A DNA stretch of 64,000 nucleotides from a virus (taxonomy: Duplodnaviria > Caudoviricetes): IMG/VR virus record IMGVR_UViG_3300006467_000454, positions 32,001 to 96,000 of that record. One strand, given 5' to 3'. A program made the translations under genes and the position numbers. Shown here piece after piece: positions 31,036 through 40,133 of this stretch (position 1 is the first letter of the stretch; each line of letters begins with the position of its first letter). The notes beneath the pieces are model-generated. The model was not told where the DNA came from and searched no databases. It saw only the letters and a program-made list of their open reading frames with translations.

Positions 31036-31426
31036 AATAGGCTTCACTGCAAGCTCTTTTGATTTGATGCATCCTGGACATATCGCAATGTTATCAGAAG
31101 CAAAATCAAAATGTGATTACTTGATAGTGGGGTTGTTGACAGACCCAACAATTTCTAGGTACGGTTCAAAAAATAAGCCTGTCCAAACTACTTTTGAAAG
31201 GTTCATTCAGGCTCAAGCTTTAGGCTGTGTTGATTTCATAATCCCATTTGATACCGAAGAAGATTTGGAGCAAATGTTGAAATTGATAATGCCTGACATT
31301 CGGTTCGTTGGTGAGGAGTATAAAGATAAAGATCACACGGGTAAAAATATCGATGGGATTGAAATCTTTTACAATAAGCGAAAGCATAATTATAGTTCTT
31401 CAGAATTAAGGGGGAGGTTAAAATGA
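30989..31426 (+). CDS. HxGH cytidylyltransferase (TagD/glycerol-3-phosphate cytidylyltransferase-like)
   Basis: FTASSFDLMHPGH, DYLIVGL, KPV...ER, RKHNYSSSELR. Confidence 0.88.
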   Translation: MNILVEIENLKLNGSKIGFTASSFDLMHPGHIAMLSEAKSKCDYLIVGLLTDPTISRYGSKNKPVQTTFERFIQAQALGCVDFIIPFDTEEDLEQMLKLIMPDIRFVGEEYKDKDHTGKNIDGIEIFYNKRKHNYSSSELRGRLK

Positions 31427-33936
31427 AAAGATATAAAATAGCATATATGGTGCATCGTGGGGATACCAATGGAGGATTCCCACAGCACACGGAAACTATT
31501 ATCCATGCCTTAAAGGAATTAGGGCATCAGGTTAAATTCTTCTATCTGGATTATTGCGTTGGGGATAAAGCTTCTTTTATGGCTAAGAAAGTAGAACTTT
31601 TCCAGAATGGAGAGCTGATGCGTCAGGGTCATGAATTGCAAATCACCAAAGGGATAGGGACAGGGGAGTTTTACGATTCTGAAAAGGGTTGGTTTTGTCC
31701 AGTAACTCCATATAAAAATATGGATGATAAAAAGAAGCTGAAAGCAGAGTTGGAAGAATACGACGCTGTATTTTGGCATACTCCATTTTGGTTCAAACAA
31801 AAGCCTACATTAATGGATACGGATTGGCCAATGTTATTGGATTTGGAAAACCCAGTAAATATTGGAATGGTTCACGATGCTAATTTAAGGGCAAATGGGG
31901 CGTGGCAGTATTTTATAAGCAAATACTTTGACAAAATAATTACAGTCCATTTTGCTTCCTACAATTCAGCCTCAGTGCTACCTGTAAAACGTACCTTGAT
32001 ATTCAATCCTCAGGATTTATCAAAAGTGGATGAATCCCATACTAATTTCAAGAATATCAAGAAAACGGGGAAGATATTCTCACTCCAGAATTGGAAGGGT
32101 AGCAAGCATGTTGATGATTTGATTCGTGCAGTACCTTACTTTTCAAAGAAGGTGAAAACAGTCGTTGCAGGGGATGGGATTGAAGCCCGTTATATGTTTG
32201 GCTCCAAGGAAAAGATGAAACCTCAGTATTATTGTACTAAGGCTAAGGATCCGGATTTGCCTGAAAAATTAGAGGGTAAATTGACAATTGCTGAAAGGGC
32301 TCAGGAAACTGGACGATTTGAAAAATTGTTTTGGCTTGATTCAGATAATCGTGATAAACAAATGTCTGAAGCTGCTTTCTTTATTGATACAGCTTGGTAT
32401 AGTGTGAATAAAGAATTGGGAAGCCACTTTTCTAGAACGTTAATTGAAGCCATGATGGCAGGTTGTGTACCTATCGCCAGAAACTTTGGATTAAGTGATA
32501 ATGCGGAAGGGTTGGGTGAGTTATTTAAATCCAATATAAATTACATAATGATCCCCCATGATGCAACCCCTGCTGAATTCGCTGAAATTGTTAACAATGC
32601 GTTCAAAATGGACAAGAAAGAGTACAAGCGTATTGTAAAAAACAATTATAAACTCTTGGAAAATTTTTGTATGCTTAATGTAGCAAAGCAATATATCAAG
32701 TTAATAGAAGATAAAAAGACTGGATTCTTTGATAAATATGAAGTTGGTGAACCGACTGAGGAGTTTATCAAAAAGGCTGAATTGCAATGGTTCGGTACTG
32801 GAGATAAAAGGACTTTTAACTTCAAAAAAGAAGAAAGCATGGTTGAAGAAACCCCAGAGGATAAAAAGCCTAAAAAAGAAAAGGCTGAAAAACCTAAAAA
32901 TGAAGAGGGCAAAAAGGAAAAGAAGTCAAAGTCCCCAAAACCAAAAGGGAAATGTGAGTTCACCCCTAATGAGAATTTCAAATATTATTTCTATTGGATT
33001 AGTGAGCGAATGAAAATATTCTGGGAACGGAATAAGGGTGAGGAAGCTCCTTGGACTGAGGATAAGATTTTGAATGATCATAAATTTACCAACGTTTATC
33101 GCTGCTTGGATCGTACAAGCCAATATTTGATAAAGCATATTATCAACGATACGAAGAAACGTTCCAAAGAAGAATTGTTTTGGAGAATATTATTATTCAA
33201 ACATTTCAATTCTCCTGATACTTGGATAGCCTTAGAAAAGAAATTCGGGGATATTACCTTAGAAACTAAGGTGAAGAAAATTATTAAGTTCCTTGAAAAG
33301 TACAAGAATGAAGGGAATACCATTTACAGTAATGCTTATATGATGACAGCTTCCTTTATGAAGAAGCCAGAATTCATGAAAAAGTATAAAATGGGGGATT
33401 CAAGGAGTAAGCATGAAGCCTATCTTAAAATGCTTTGGAATGTCTTTATTGAGGAAGGGCTTGCAAAGAAAATTATTAAAAGTAAATCTTTGGAAGAGGT
33501 ACAAGGTAAATTTAAGGAGGTTATTACTATTGGTGATTTCTTAGCGATGCAATATACCATTGATATCAATTACAGTAAGTTGATTGATTTTAGTGAAAAC
33601 GATTTTATCGTTGCAGGTCCTGGGGCTATACGTGGAATTGACCGTACATTCGATATTGAGAGTGCTCCAGATTATCAAAAGATCATCAAGTGGGTTCACA
33701 AGAACTTTGATAAGCTGGCTAACGAATACGGGTATAAATTTAAGCCCCTCCCAAAACGTGCCTTGACTTTAATTGATTTGCAGAATTGCTTCTGTGAAAC
33801 GGATAAATATTTGAGAGGGCGTGGTATCGATAATCCTAAAAAGGAAGTCGGTGGAAAACGCATCAAACAAGTATTCACTCAAAACACAGATAAAATTGAA
33901 TATGTACTTCCCGAGAAGTGGGAAATAAAATTGTAA
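31423..33936 (+). CDS. GT-B glycosyltransferase fused to 5hmdU-DNA-kinase helical domain (aGPT-Pplase1/HMUDK_hel-like)
   Basis: aa1-465: NGG..H...LKELGH, K.SKHVD, AGDG, FSRTLIEAMMAGCVPI; aa~510-837: YWISER..I....APWTEDKIL..HKFTNVYR..DR.SQ, LLFKHFN, YSNAY, IGDFLA.QY..D, AGPGA.RG, DLQNCFCETDKY.R. Confidence 0.85.
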   Translation: MKRYKIAYMVHRGDTNGGFPQHTETIIHALKELGHQVKFFYLDYCVGDKASFMAKKVELFQNGELMRQGHELQITKGIGTGEFYDSEKGWFCPVTPYKNMDDKKKLKAELEEYDAVFWHTPFWFKQKPTLMDTDWPMLLDLENPVNIGMVHDANLRANGAWQYFISKYFDKIITVHFASYNSASVLPVKRTLIFNPQDLSKVDESHTNFKNIKKTGKIFSLQNWKGSKHVDDLIRAVPYFSKKVKTVVAGDGIEARYMFGSKEKMKPQYYCTKAKDPDLPEKLEGKLTIAERAQETGRFEKLFWLDSDNRDKQMSEAAFFIDTAWYSVNKELGSHFSRTLIEAMMAGCVPIARNFGLSDNAEGLGELFKSNINYIMIPHDATPAEFAEIVNNAFKMDKKEYKRIVKNNYKLLENFCMLNVAKQYIKLIEDKKTGFFDKYEVGEPTEEFIKKAELQWFGTGDKRTFNFKKEESMVEETPEDKKPKKEKAEKPKNEEGKKEKKSKSPKPKGKCEFTPNENFKYYFYWISERMKIFWERNKGEEAPWTEDKILNDHKFTNVYRCLDRTSQYLIKHIINDTKKRSKEELFWRILLFKHFNSPDTWIALEKKFGDITLETKVKKIIKFLEKYKNEGNTIYSNAYMMTASFMKKPEFMKKYKMGDSRSKHEAYLKMLWNVFIEEGLAKKIIKSKSLEEVQGKFKEVITIGDFLAMQYTIDINYSKLIDFSENDFIVAGPGAIRGIDRTFDIESAPDYQKIIKWVHKNFDKLANEYGYKFKPLPKRALTLIDLQNCFCETDKYLRGRGIDNPKKEVGGKRIKQVFTQNTDKIEYVLPEKWEIKL

Positions 33937-33940
33937 TTAT

Positions 33941-34966
33941 ATGTATATTTTTGAAAACTTGAATTCGGCTTTAGTTGGGATGTGTTCTAACTTACTGGAG
34001 TATGGGGAAACAAGGGAAACAAGGGGGCATCATTGCGTTGAGATACCTTATCCCGTTTTAATCTGTATTAACAACCCGACTGACAGGTATGTGACTATCC
34101 CTGAAAGAAAATGGAATAAGGTCTTGCCGTTTGCGGAAAGCCTTTGGTTGGCGTTGGGGTTAAATGATTTGGATGAATTGCCAGGAAATTATGTGAAGAA
34201 TTTGTATAATTTTTCAGATAATGGTAGAACGTGGCGTGCAGGTTATGGTCCGAGAATGAGATACTTTAGTGGGCATGGTTCTGATTATGATATTAGTAAA
34301 CGTGATGAGGCTAAAGTTTACTCTGGGGATATTAACCATACTGACCAGTTGAAGTTTGTTATTGATACTTTAAATAGGGATATCAATAGCCGACAAGCTA
34401 TCATTACAATCCATGACCCTGCAAAGGATGACTTTGATCGTGATGGTGGGCTAAAGGTTACAAAAGACCAACCTTGCACACGTAGCATCCATTTCCAAGT
34501 AAATACCAAGGGGGAATTGGATTGCATCGTTGACATCCGTTCTAACGATGTTTTGTGGGGATTCTCAGCGGTTAACGTCATTAACTTTGCTATCATGCAA
34601 GAATACGTTGCTAATATTATGGGGCTGCCTATTGGTAAATATTATCATTTTGCCCATAATTTCCATTATTATGAAGATTTTGAAAGTAGAGTAGTTGAGC
34701 TGAGAGATGTTGGGTTTTCTGACCCTAATTACCATAAAGAAAGTGTTAAGTTCCAATATAAGGATCCGATTGGGGACCTTGAGAACTTTGATTTCCTATT
34801 GGATTTATTGTTTGATTATGAGAAATCACTTCGTGAGGGATATTCGTTGCCTTGTGATTTAGGTAATGATATGTTCAATGACTGGGCTAAAGTGTTCTAT
34901 AACTATTGGACTAAGCAGCCAGTGTATTTTGAAAATCCACATTTAAATAAATTGTTTAATATTTAA
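33941..34966 (+). CDS. Thymidylate synthase homologue, probable dUMP hydroxymethylase
   Basis: AGYGPR, SRQA, KDQPCT (catalytic Cys), RSNDVLWGFSAVN (Asn = uracil-type), HNFHYY; lacks a canonical ThyA C-terminal end. Confidence 0.8.
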   Translation: MYIFENLNSALVGMCSNLLEYGETRETRGHHCVEIPYPVLICINNPTDRYVTIPERKWNKVLPFAESLWLALGLNDLDELPGNYVKNLYNFSDNGRTWRAGYGPRMRYFSGHGSDYDISKRDEAKVYSGDINHTDQLKFVIDTLNRDINSRQAIITIHDPAKDDFDRDGGLKVTKDQPCTRSIHFQVNTKGELDCIVDIRSNDVLWGFSAVNVINFAIMQEYVANIMGLPIGKYYHFAHNFHYYEDFESRVVELRDVGFSDPNYHKESVKFQYKDPIGDLENFDFLLDLLFDYEKSLREGYSLPCDLGNDMFNDWAKVFYNYWTKQPVYFENPHLNKLFNI

Positions 34967-34973
34967 TTCGTAA

Positions 34974-35645
34974 ATGGCATTAAATGACTATCGATATAAG
35001 TATATTTATGCAACATTTAATTTAGTGAATGGTAAATTTTATGTCGGTAGCCATATGTCCAATAAAGATCCTAATTCTGATAAATACCTTGGCTCTGGTG
35101 TTAGGATTAAATACGCCATAAGGAAATATGGTAGGGTTAATTTCAAAAGGGAAATTATTGAATTTTACCACGGAGAAGATATTGAAGAATTTAGGGATTT
35201 AGAAACTTATTGGATAAATTCTTTAGAAGCCGTAACATTAGGGTATAATCTAAAAGAATCAGCTAATTCCCCTTATACTGAAGGTAAAAGTGTTGGGGAT
35301 AAAATAGCAAAAACATTGAGGGGTGTCCCAAAATCAGAATCCCATAAACGGAACCTTAGTAAAAGTAAACAAGGTTCAAAGCCATGGAATTTAGGGGTCC
35401 CATGTAGGGAAGAAGTGAAAAAGAAGATACAAGCCACTTCTAAGAAAAGGGTCATCCCTAGGGAACATATTGAGAAAATGCATAAAGCTGTTACAGGTGT
35501 TCCGAAGAGTAAAAGGTTCAAGAAAATTATATCTGATTCTTGGAAGAATAGGGAGGAAATAAAATGCCCTCATTGTGGGTTAAAAAGTAAAAGTTTAGGT
35601 AACATGAATCGTTACCATTTTAATAATTGTAAATCAAAATCGTAA
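34974..35645 (+). CDS. Free-standing GIY-YIG homing endonuclease (Seg-like, NUMOD3-type repeats)
   Basis: YIY.T.N..NGKFYVGSH...YLGSG...KYG..NF.REI...E; GYN; repeated GVPKS..HK..S; terminal CPHC. Confidence 0.88.
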   Translation: MALNDYRYKYIYATFNLVNGKFYVGSHMSNKDPNSDKYLGSGVRIKYAIRKYGRVNFKREIIEFYHGEDIEEFRDLETYWINSLEAVTLGYNLKESANSPYTEGKSVGDKIAKTLRGVPKSESHKRNLSKSKQGSKPWNLGVPCREEVKKKIQATSKKRVIPREHIEKMHKAVTGVPKSKRFKKIISDSWKNREEIKCPHCGLKSKSLGNMNRYHFNNCKSKS

Positions 35646-35649
35646 AATT

Positions 35650-36165
35650 ATGCTAAGCATTGGTTATTATCGTAAAATGAAAAGGGTTAAAAGGCTCGGG
35701 CTATCATTCATCCATAGGGAGTATTCGCTATTGGAGCACCAATATATGGTAGGTATGTTGTTTAAGTATTTTGCATCAAAGGAAAATGTCCCTTATGATA
35801 TTCACGTTTGGGATTTAGTTCTTCACCACGATGCATTGGAAGTCGAAACAACAGATTTAATTTCAACCGTGAAAAAACTTTCCAAGAAAACTCAAGAAGC
35901 TTGGGAAGTCATTGAGGAGGAAGTTATCAACAAACATTTCCAGTTAGAAAAATACAGTGATAAAAGATTTAAGGAAGGCATGACACCCCTCCAGCATAAG
36001 CTGTTTAAAGCTTGTGATTATCTTGACTTGTGGATTTTTATCAAGGAAGAAGTAGCCATCGGAAACAAATCAAAAGATATTTTGGAAATCCTAGGGCGGT
36101 GTGACGAAATGATAGGCACGGATTTCCTACATATCCGTAAATTCATGGAGGGATTTAAATGCTAA
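35650..36165 (+). CDS. HD-domain 5'-deoxynucleotidase (YfbR-like)
   Basis: MKRVKR...YSLLEH...LHHDALE...TDL..VK...KACD. Confidence 0.8.
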   Translation: MLSIGYYRKMKRVKRLGLSFIHREYSLLEHQYMVGMLFKYFASKENVPYDIHVWDLVLHHDALEVETTDLISTVKKLSKKTQEAWEVIEEEVINKHFQLEKYSDKRFKEGMTPLQHKLFKACDYLDLWIFIKEEVAIGNKSKDILEILGRCDEMIGTDFLHIRKFMEGFKC

Positions 36166-36788
36166 ATGTATGGGTATATTTAGGAGTAAATGGGTCTGGA
36201 AAAGACTTTCAGGCTAAATTGAAATCTGAGGAGTTAAAGGTTTTACCTTTTGATTTTAGTGATGGAGTTCGGGAATACACGTTTGCTTTCCTGGGTTGGA
36301 CTCCCCCCAATAAAGATGATTATGAGGCTTGGAAATCAGGTCAATCAACTATGTTTATGCCAGAGGGGCTGAGTGCCTATTCCATAAAAATGCGCAAGGG
36401 GCGTGAGTTCTTAGATAATGTTGGCAAAAAGATGAGGGATTTTGACCCTGATTTTTGGGCAAAACATACCGTAAGTAAAGCCACTGAATATTATCAACAG
36501 GGGGTGGAGAATATTATCTTTTCTTCTTGTAGGTATATAAATGAAGCAAAAGCAATTTTAGATTTCGTTTATAGTGCAGGTGGGGATGATGCAAATGTTA
36601 ATTTCATATTCTGTGATTACCAATCAACGAAATATGATGACACTTACAGGGAATATCAAGAATTAGCCTTAATCCTTAGAGATATGGGGGCTGGTGACCT
36701 TGAGAAAGTTAACGAAAAAATTTATTATTTAATTGCCAATTATGAAAAAGTTGCTCAAGTTTTTAGAAGCGAATCGGATAGAGCATAA
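36159..36788 (+). CDS. Deoxynucleoside monophosphate kinase
   Basis: P-loop GVNGSGKD, FSDGVR, GREFL..VG..R..DPDFW, CRYINE (T4 gp1-like). Confidence 0.8.
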   Translation: MLNVWVYLGVNGSGKDFQAKLKSEELKVLPFDFSDGVREYTFAFLGWTPPNKDDYEAWKSGQSTMFMPEGLSAYSIKMRKGREFLDNVGKKMRDFDPDFWAKHTVSKATEYYQQGVENIIFSSCRYINEAKAILDFVYSAGGDDANVNFIFCDYQSTKYDDTYREYQELALILRDMGAGDLEKVNEKIYYLIANYEKVAQVFRSESDRA

Positions 36789-39700
36789 ACAGCATAACAA
36801 GAAGATGGTGATTATCGGTGGGGAGAAATTTGAACTGATAAAACCAGACGATGATGGGAAGATTTTCACCCCTTCTTTTACACTGATGGCTGATTCAACT
36901 AAGGCTGAAAATTATGTGTTTTCATTTGGTGGCAATTACTACTTTACACCCGAAGGCACGGAAGATGACCCCAAGCTTAACAACCTACGCTATTACGGGA
37001 AATGTTCTGAAAAACAAAAGAATAAATCCTTCTTAGGTGTTAGGGGTGGATTTGAGATCCTTAACGGCTCAGGGCAATATAAAGATTGGGTTAAGAAAGC
37101 TAAATTTTTAGGTCTTGAAACTTTAGGTATTTGTGAGAAAAATACTTTGGCAGGTGCCTTGAAGTTCCAGAGTGCCTGTAAAAGTGGTGGAATTGAATCT
37201 ATTATTGGTGAAACTGTTACTGTATTCCGGAAATCAGAAGATTTAAGGTATGATTTGAAATTATACGTTAAAAATGAAAAGGGGTATCGGAATCTCTTAC
37301 TTATAAATAAAAAAATCAATGTTGATGAATTGTCATTTATAAAGGAAGAGGATCTATTCAAAATGTTGGATGGGTTATACATTGTCCTTGACCCAAAATC
37401 ATTGCCATATGAAAAGGTATTCCCAATTGATCTTGATAATGATGTGTTTTACCAAATTGACCCTGTAATATGGGAAGACAATGAAGTTGATAAAACTTAT
37501 TTGGAAAACCTAAAGCAATATGTGCTTGAAAAAAGATTTAAGCCAATTGCAATTTGGGATGCTTTCTATTTAGAAAAGGATCATAATCACATCAAACAAA
37601 TCCTAAACGGGATAGCGAAGAAATTCGAATATATTTCAAAGGATCAATGGTTCAAGACTTGGGGGGAATATGAAAGCGGTTGCTCAGATATTTTCTCTGA
37701 AGAGCGTATTGGGATACTGAAGAAAGCCAAGAAGAATTTGGAATTAGTTGCGAGCGTTTGCAAGAATTTTAATATACCTACTGGGGAACGTCATTTGCCT
37801 AAATACAAAATGACCAAAAAAGAGGCTAAAAAGTATAAAACAAATAAGGATCTTTTCTGGGGATTGGTTGAAGATGGGTTGAAGCGTAAAACCCCAAAAG
37901 GTAAAAAGAAAGAATACCTAAAGCGTGTTGAAATAGAATGGGATGTTATTGAATATGGGGATGTAATGGATTATTTCTTAATTCTATATGATATCATCAA
38001 GTGGTGCCGCAAAAAGAATATACTCGTGGGTATTGGTCGTGGTTCTGCTGGAGGTTCTTTAGTATCTTATCTATTGGATATTACTCAGCTTGACCCAATT
38101 GAATACGGGTTACTTTTTGAGAGATTTTTGAATAAAGGTCGTATTGAAAAGTCACTACCCGATATTGATGTGGATTTCCCTGCTAAGAAACGTGGGCTGA
38201 TTAAAGCCTATATTGAGAAACGATACGGGCATGATCAGGTTTGTTCAGTAGGCACTTACACCGCATTACAGTTGAGGGCTGCCTTAAAGGATATTGCGAG
38301 GCAGTATTCAATCCCGTTTGATGAAACAAATAGGGTTACTGCTTATCTTGAAGGTTGCAAATCACTGGAAGATATTTTCCGGAAATCAGCTTCGGATAAA
38401 TTTGTTTACACTTTTGTTAGCAAATATCCGTATGTGATAAACGATATCCCATTAGTTTTAGGGCAACCAAAAGCTAAATCAATCCACGCTTGTGCCATGA
38501 TGGTATTCCCGAAAGAGAAAACCATGTACGAGTGGGCTCCTGTTAGGGAACAGGACGGACAAATAGTAAGTGAGTGGGAAGGTAATGAGTTGGATGAAGC
38601 AGGATTCCTTAAAGAGGATATTTTGGGGGTTAAACAGTTAGATAAATATGAGGATATTTTGGAATCCATCAAAAAGGTGGAAGGCAAAGAAATTGACTTG
38701 TATTCATTAAAGCTTAATCACGATAAATGCTATAAGTATTTCCAGAAGGGGTGGAATGGTGATGTATTCCACTTTGGTAGTCGGGGATTGACAGGGTACT
38801 GTAAGGAATTACTCCCTGAAGATATTAATGATTTGATTGCTGGAATCTCCCTTTATCGTCCTGGAGCGATGGAGAATAACTTCCATAACGAATATGTCCT
38901 ACGTAAAAATGGGGATCGTGAGGTAGAATATTTTGTCGGTTCTGAGGAAATCCTTAAAGATACTTATGGGGTATTTGTTTATCAGGAGCAGATTATGAAG
39001 CTTTGTCAGGTTTTAGGTGGATTATCCCTTGTAGAAGCGGATGATGTACGTAAAGCGATGGTAAAGAAAAAGTATGAAGCACTCCAGCAGTATAAAGTTA
39101 GATTTATCCCACATTATGTGAAAGAATTTGGGGTATCTAAACAATATGCCGAAGGAGTTTGGGAGGCTATTGATAAAGCTGCAACTTATCTGTTCAATAA
39201 ATCCCATGCATCTGCTTATTCCATTACAGGATACTGGGGGCAATACCTCAAAGTATTTTACCCTGTACACTATTGGAAAACAGCTATTAATTATGCTGAT
39301 GAAGATCAATTCCCTCATTACATTAATGAAGTCCATAAAACAGGTGATATAGAAATCAAGCCACCTGATATAAATGAATCCGGAGAAGGGGTAACTGCTG
39401 ATTTCAAAGCAAATAAAATTTACTGGTCAATAGGTGGTATCAAAAATGTTGGGGGAACAGCCCTTCATCAAATAATTGAAGACCGAAAAAAGAGCGGTGA
39501 ATACTTTGATTTGAAGGAATTCTATTCACGCCATAAGTTTACTGGGACTAAGGTAAACAAGCGTACAATCGAATGCTTAATTTTATCTGGTGCTTTTGAT
39601 CAGGTTTGTGATATTGATTTACCTAAAAGGAGATTTAAATTAATTGAAGAATTTAGGGAGATTGGTAAGATCAAAATTGATGATGAGAAAGATCTTTTCT

Positions 39701-40131
39701 CTGCCAATAAATCTATGTTAAAAGATAACCAATGGTGGGTATTCCAACAGAAGTTGTTATCCGGAATTGCTTATTTTGATTATAAGGATCTTTGTGGTAG
39801 GTTAGAAGTGGAAGGGTATAAATTCATGAACCCAGAAAAGTTCATGAGGGAAAACTCAGCTGGCAAAGATGCCAGAATTGGGGGGTACATTTCCGAAATT
39901 AAGCTACGTAAGAATCAGAAAGGGCAATGGGCTTCCATAGTTCTGGAAAGTAATTACGAATTCATTAGGGTTCAGATTTGGCCAGAGCAATTCTCTAGGT
40001 TAGAGGGTAGGATTCACTCTAAATCTAAGGCTGTTATTGTTTTAAATGGCAAAATTAAGTTTGATGAAAAGTATTCTAAGGAAAATAATCTACAAACCAC
40101 CGAAGATACTGAATTCTTAGTTTTAGAATAG
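36742..40131 (+). CDS. dnaE: DNA polymerase III alpha subunit (family C)
   Basis: GRGSAGGSLVSYLL, LLFERFLN, PDIDVDF, KEDILG, YRPG, VYQEQIM, FNKSHA, C-terminal OB; degenerate PHP. Confidence 0.95.
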   Translation: MKKLLKFLEANRIEHKQHNKKMVIIGGEKFELIKPDDDGKIFTPSFTLMADSTKAENYVFSFGGNYYFTPEGTEDDPKLNNLRYYGKCSEKQKNKSFLGVRGGFEILNGSGQYKDWVKKAKFLGLETLGICEKNTLAGALKFQSACKSGGIESIIGETVTVFRKSEDLRYDLKLYVKNEKGYRNLLLINKKINVDELSFIKEEDLFKMLDGLYIVLDPKSLPYEKVFPIDLDNDVFYQIDPVIWEDNEVDKTYLENLKQYVLEKRFKPIAIWDAFYLEKDHNHIKQILNGIAKKFEYISKDQWFKTWGEYESGCSDIFSEERIGILKKAKKNLELVASVCKNFNIPTGERHLPKYKMTKKEAKKYKTNKDLFWGLVEDGLKRKTPKGKKKEYLKRVEIEWDVIEYGDVMDYFLILYDIIKWCRKKNILVGIGRGSAGGSLVSYLLDITQLDPIEYGLLFERFLNKGRIEKSLPDIDVDFPAKKRGLIKAYIEKRYGHDQVCSVGTYTALQLRAALKDIARQYSIPFDETNRVTAYLEGCKSLEDIFRKSASDKFVYTFVSKYPYVINDIPLVLGQPKAKSIHACAMMVFPKEKTMYEWAPVREQDGQIVSEWEGNELDEAGFLKEDILGVKQLDKYEDILESIKKVEGKEIDLYSLKLNHDKCYKYFQKGWNGDVFHFGSRGLTGYCKELLPEDINDLIAGISLYRPGAMENNFHNEYVLRKNGDREVEYFVGSEEILKDTYGVFVYQEQIMKLCQVLGGLSLVEADDVRKAMVKKKYEALQQYKVRFIPHYVKEFGVSKQYAEGVWEAIDKAATYLFNKSHASAYSITGYWGQYLKVFYPVHYWKTAINYADEDQFPHYINEVHKTGDIEIKPPDINESGEGVTADFKANKIYWSIGGIKNVGGTALHQIIEDRKKSGEYFDLKEFYSRHKFTGTKVNKRTIECLILSGAFDQVCDIDLPKRRFKLIEEFREIGKIKIDDEKDLFSANKSMLKDNQWWVFQQKLLSGIAYFDYKDLCGRLEVEGYKFMNPEKFMRENSAGKDARIGGYISEIKLRKNQKGQWASIVLESNYEFIRVQIWPEQFSRLEGRIHSKSKAVIVLNGKIKFDEKYSKENNLQTTEDTEFLVLE

Positions 40132-40133
40132 TC

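Noticed and set aside
29974-33936. Capsule/LPS-modifying auxiliary genes
   Set aside because: The GT is fused to a DNA-modification domain and sits among nucleotide and replication genes with no membrane/export components; kept as a lower-ranked alternative
33941-34966. dCMP hydroxymethylase with T4-like glycosyl-hmC
   Set aside because: Specificity position is Asn rather than Asp, the hmU-associated helical domain is adjacent, and C-rich T-free sites look counter-selected; not fully excluded
33941-35645. Group I intron in the TS gene carrying the GIY-YIG (td/I-TevI-like)
   Set aside because: The TS ORF has all core motifs uninterrupted; gaps around the endonuclease are 7 and 4 nt, too small for a ribozyme core
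35650-36165. Z-genome (2-aminoadenine) system suggested by a DatZ-like HD protein
   Set aside because: No PurZ or MazZ in the window; neighbours point to uracil/thymine chemistry
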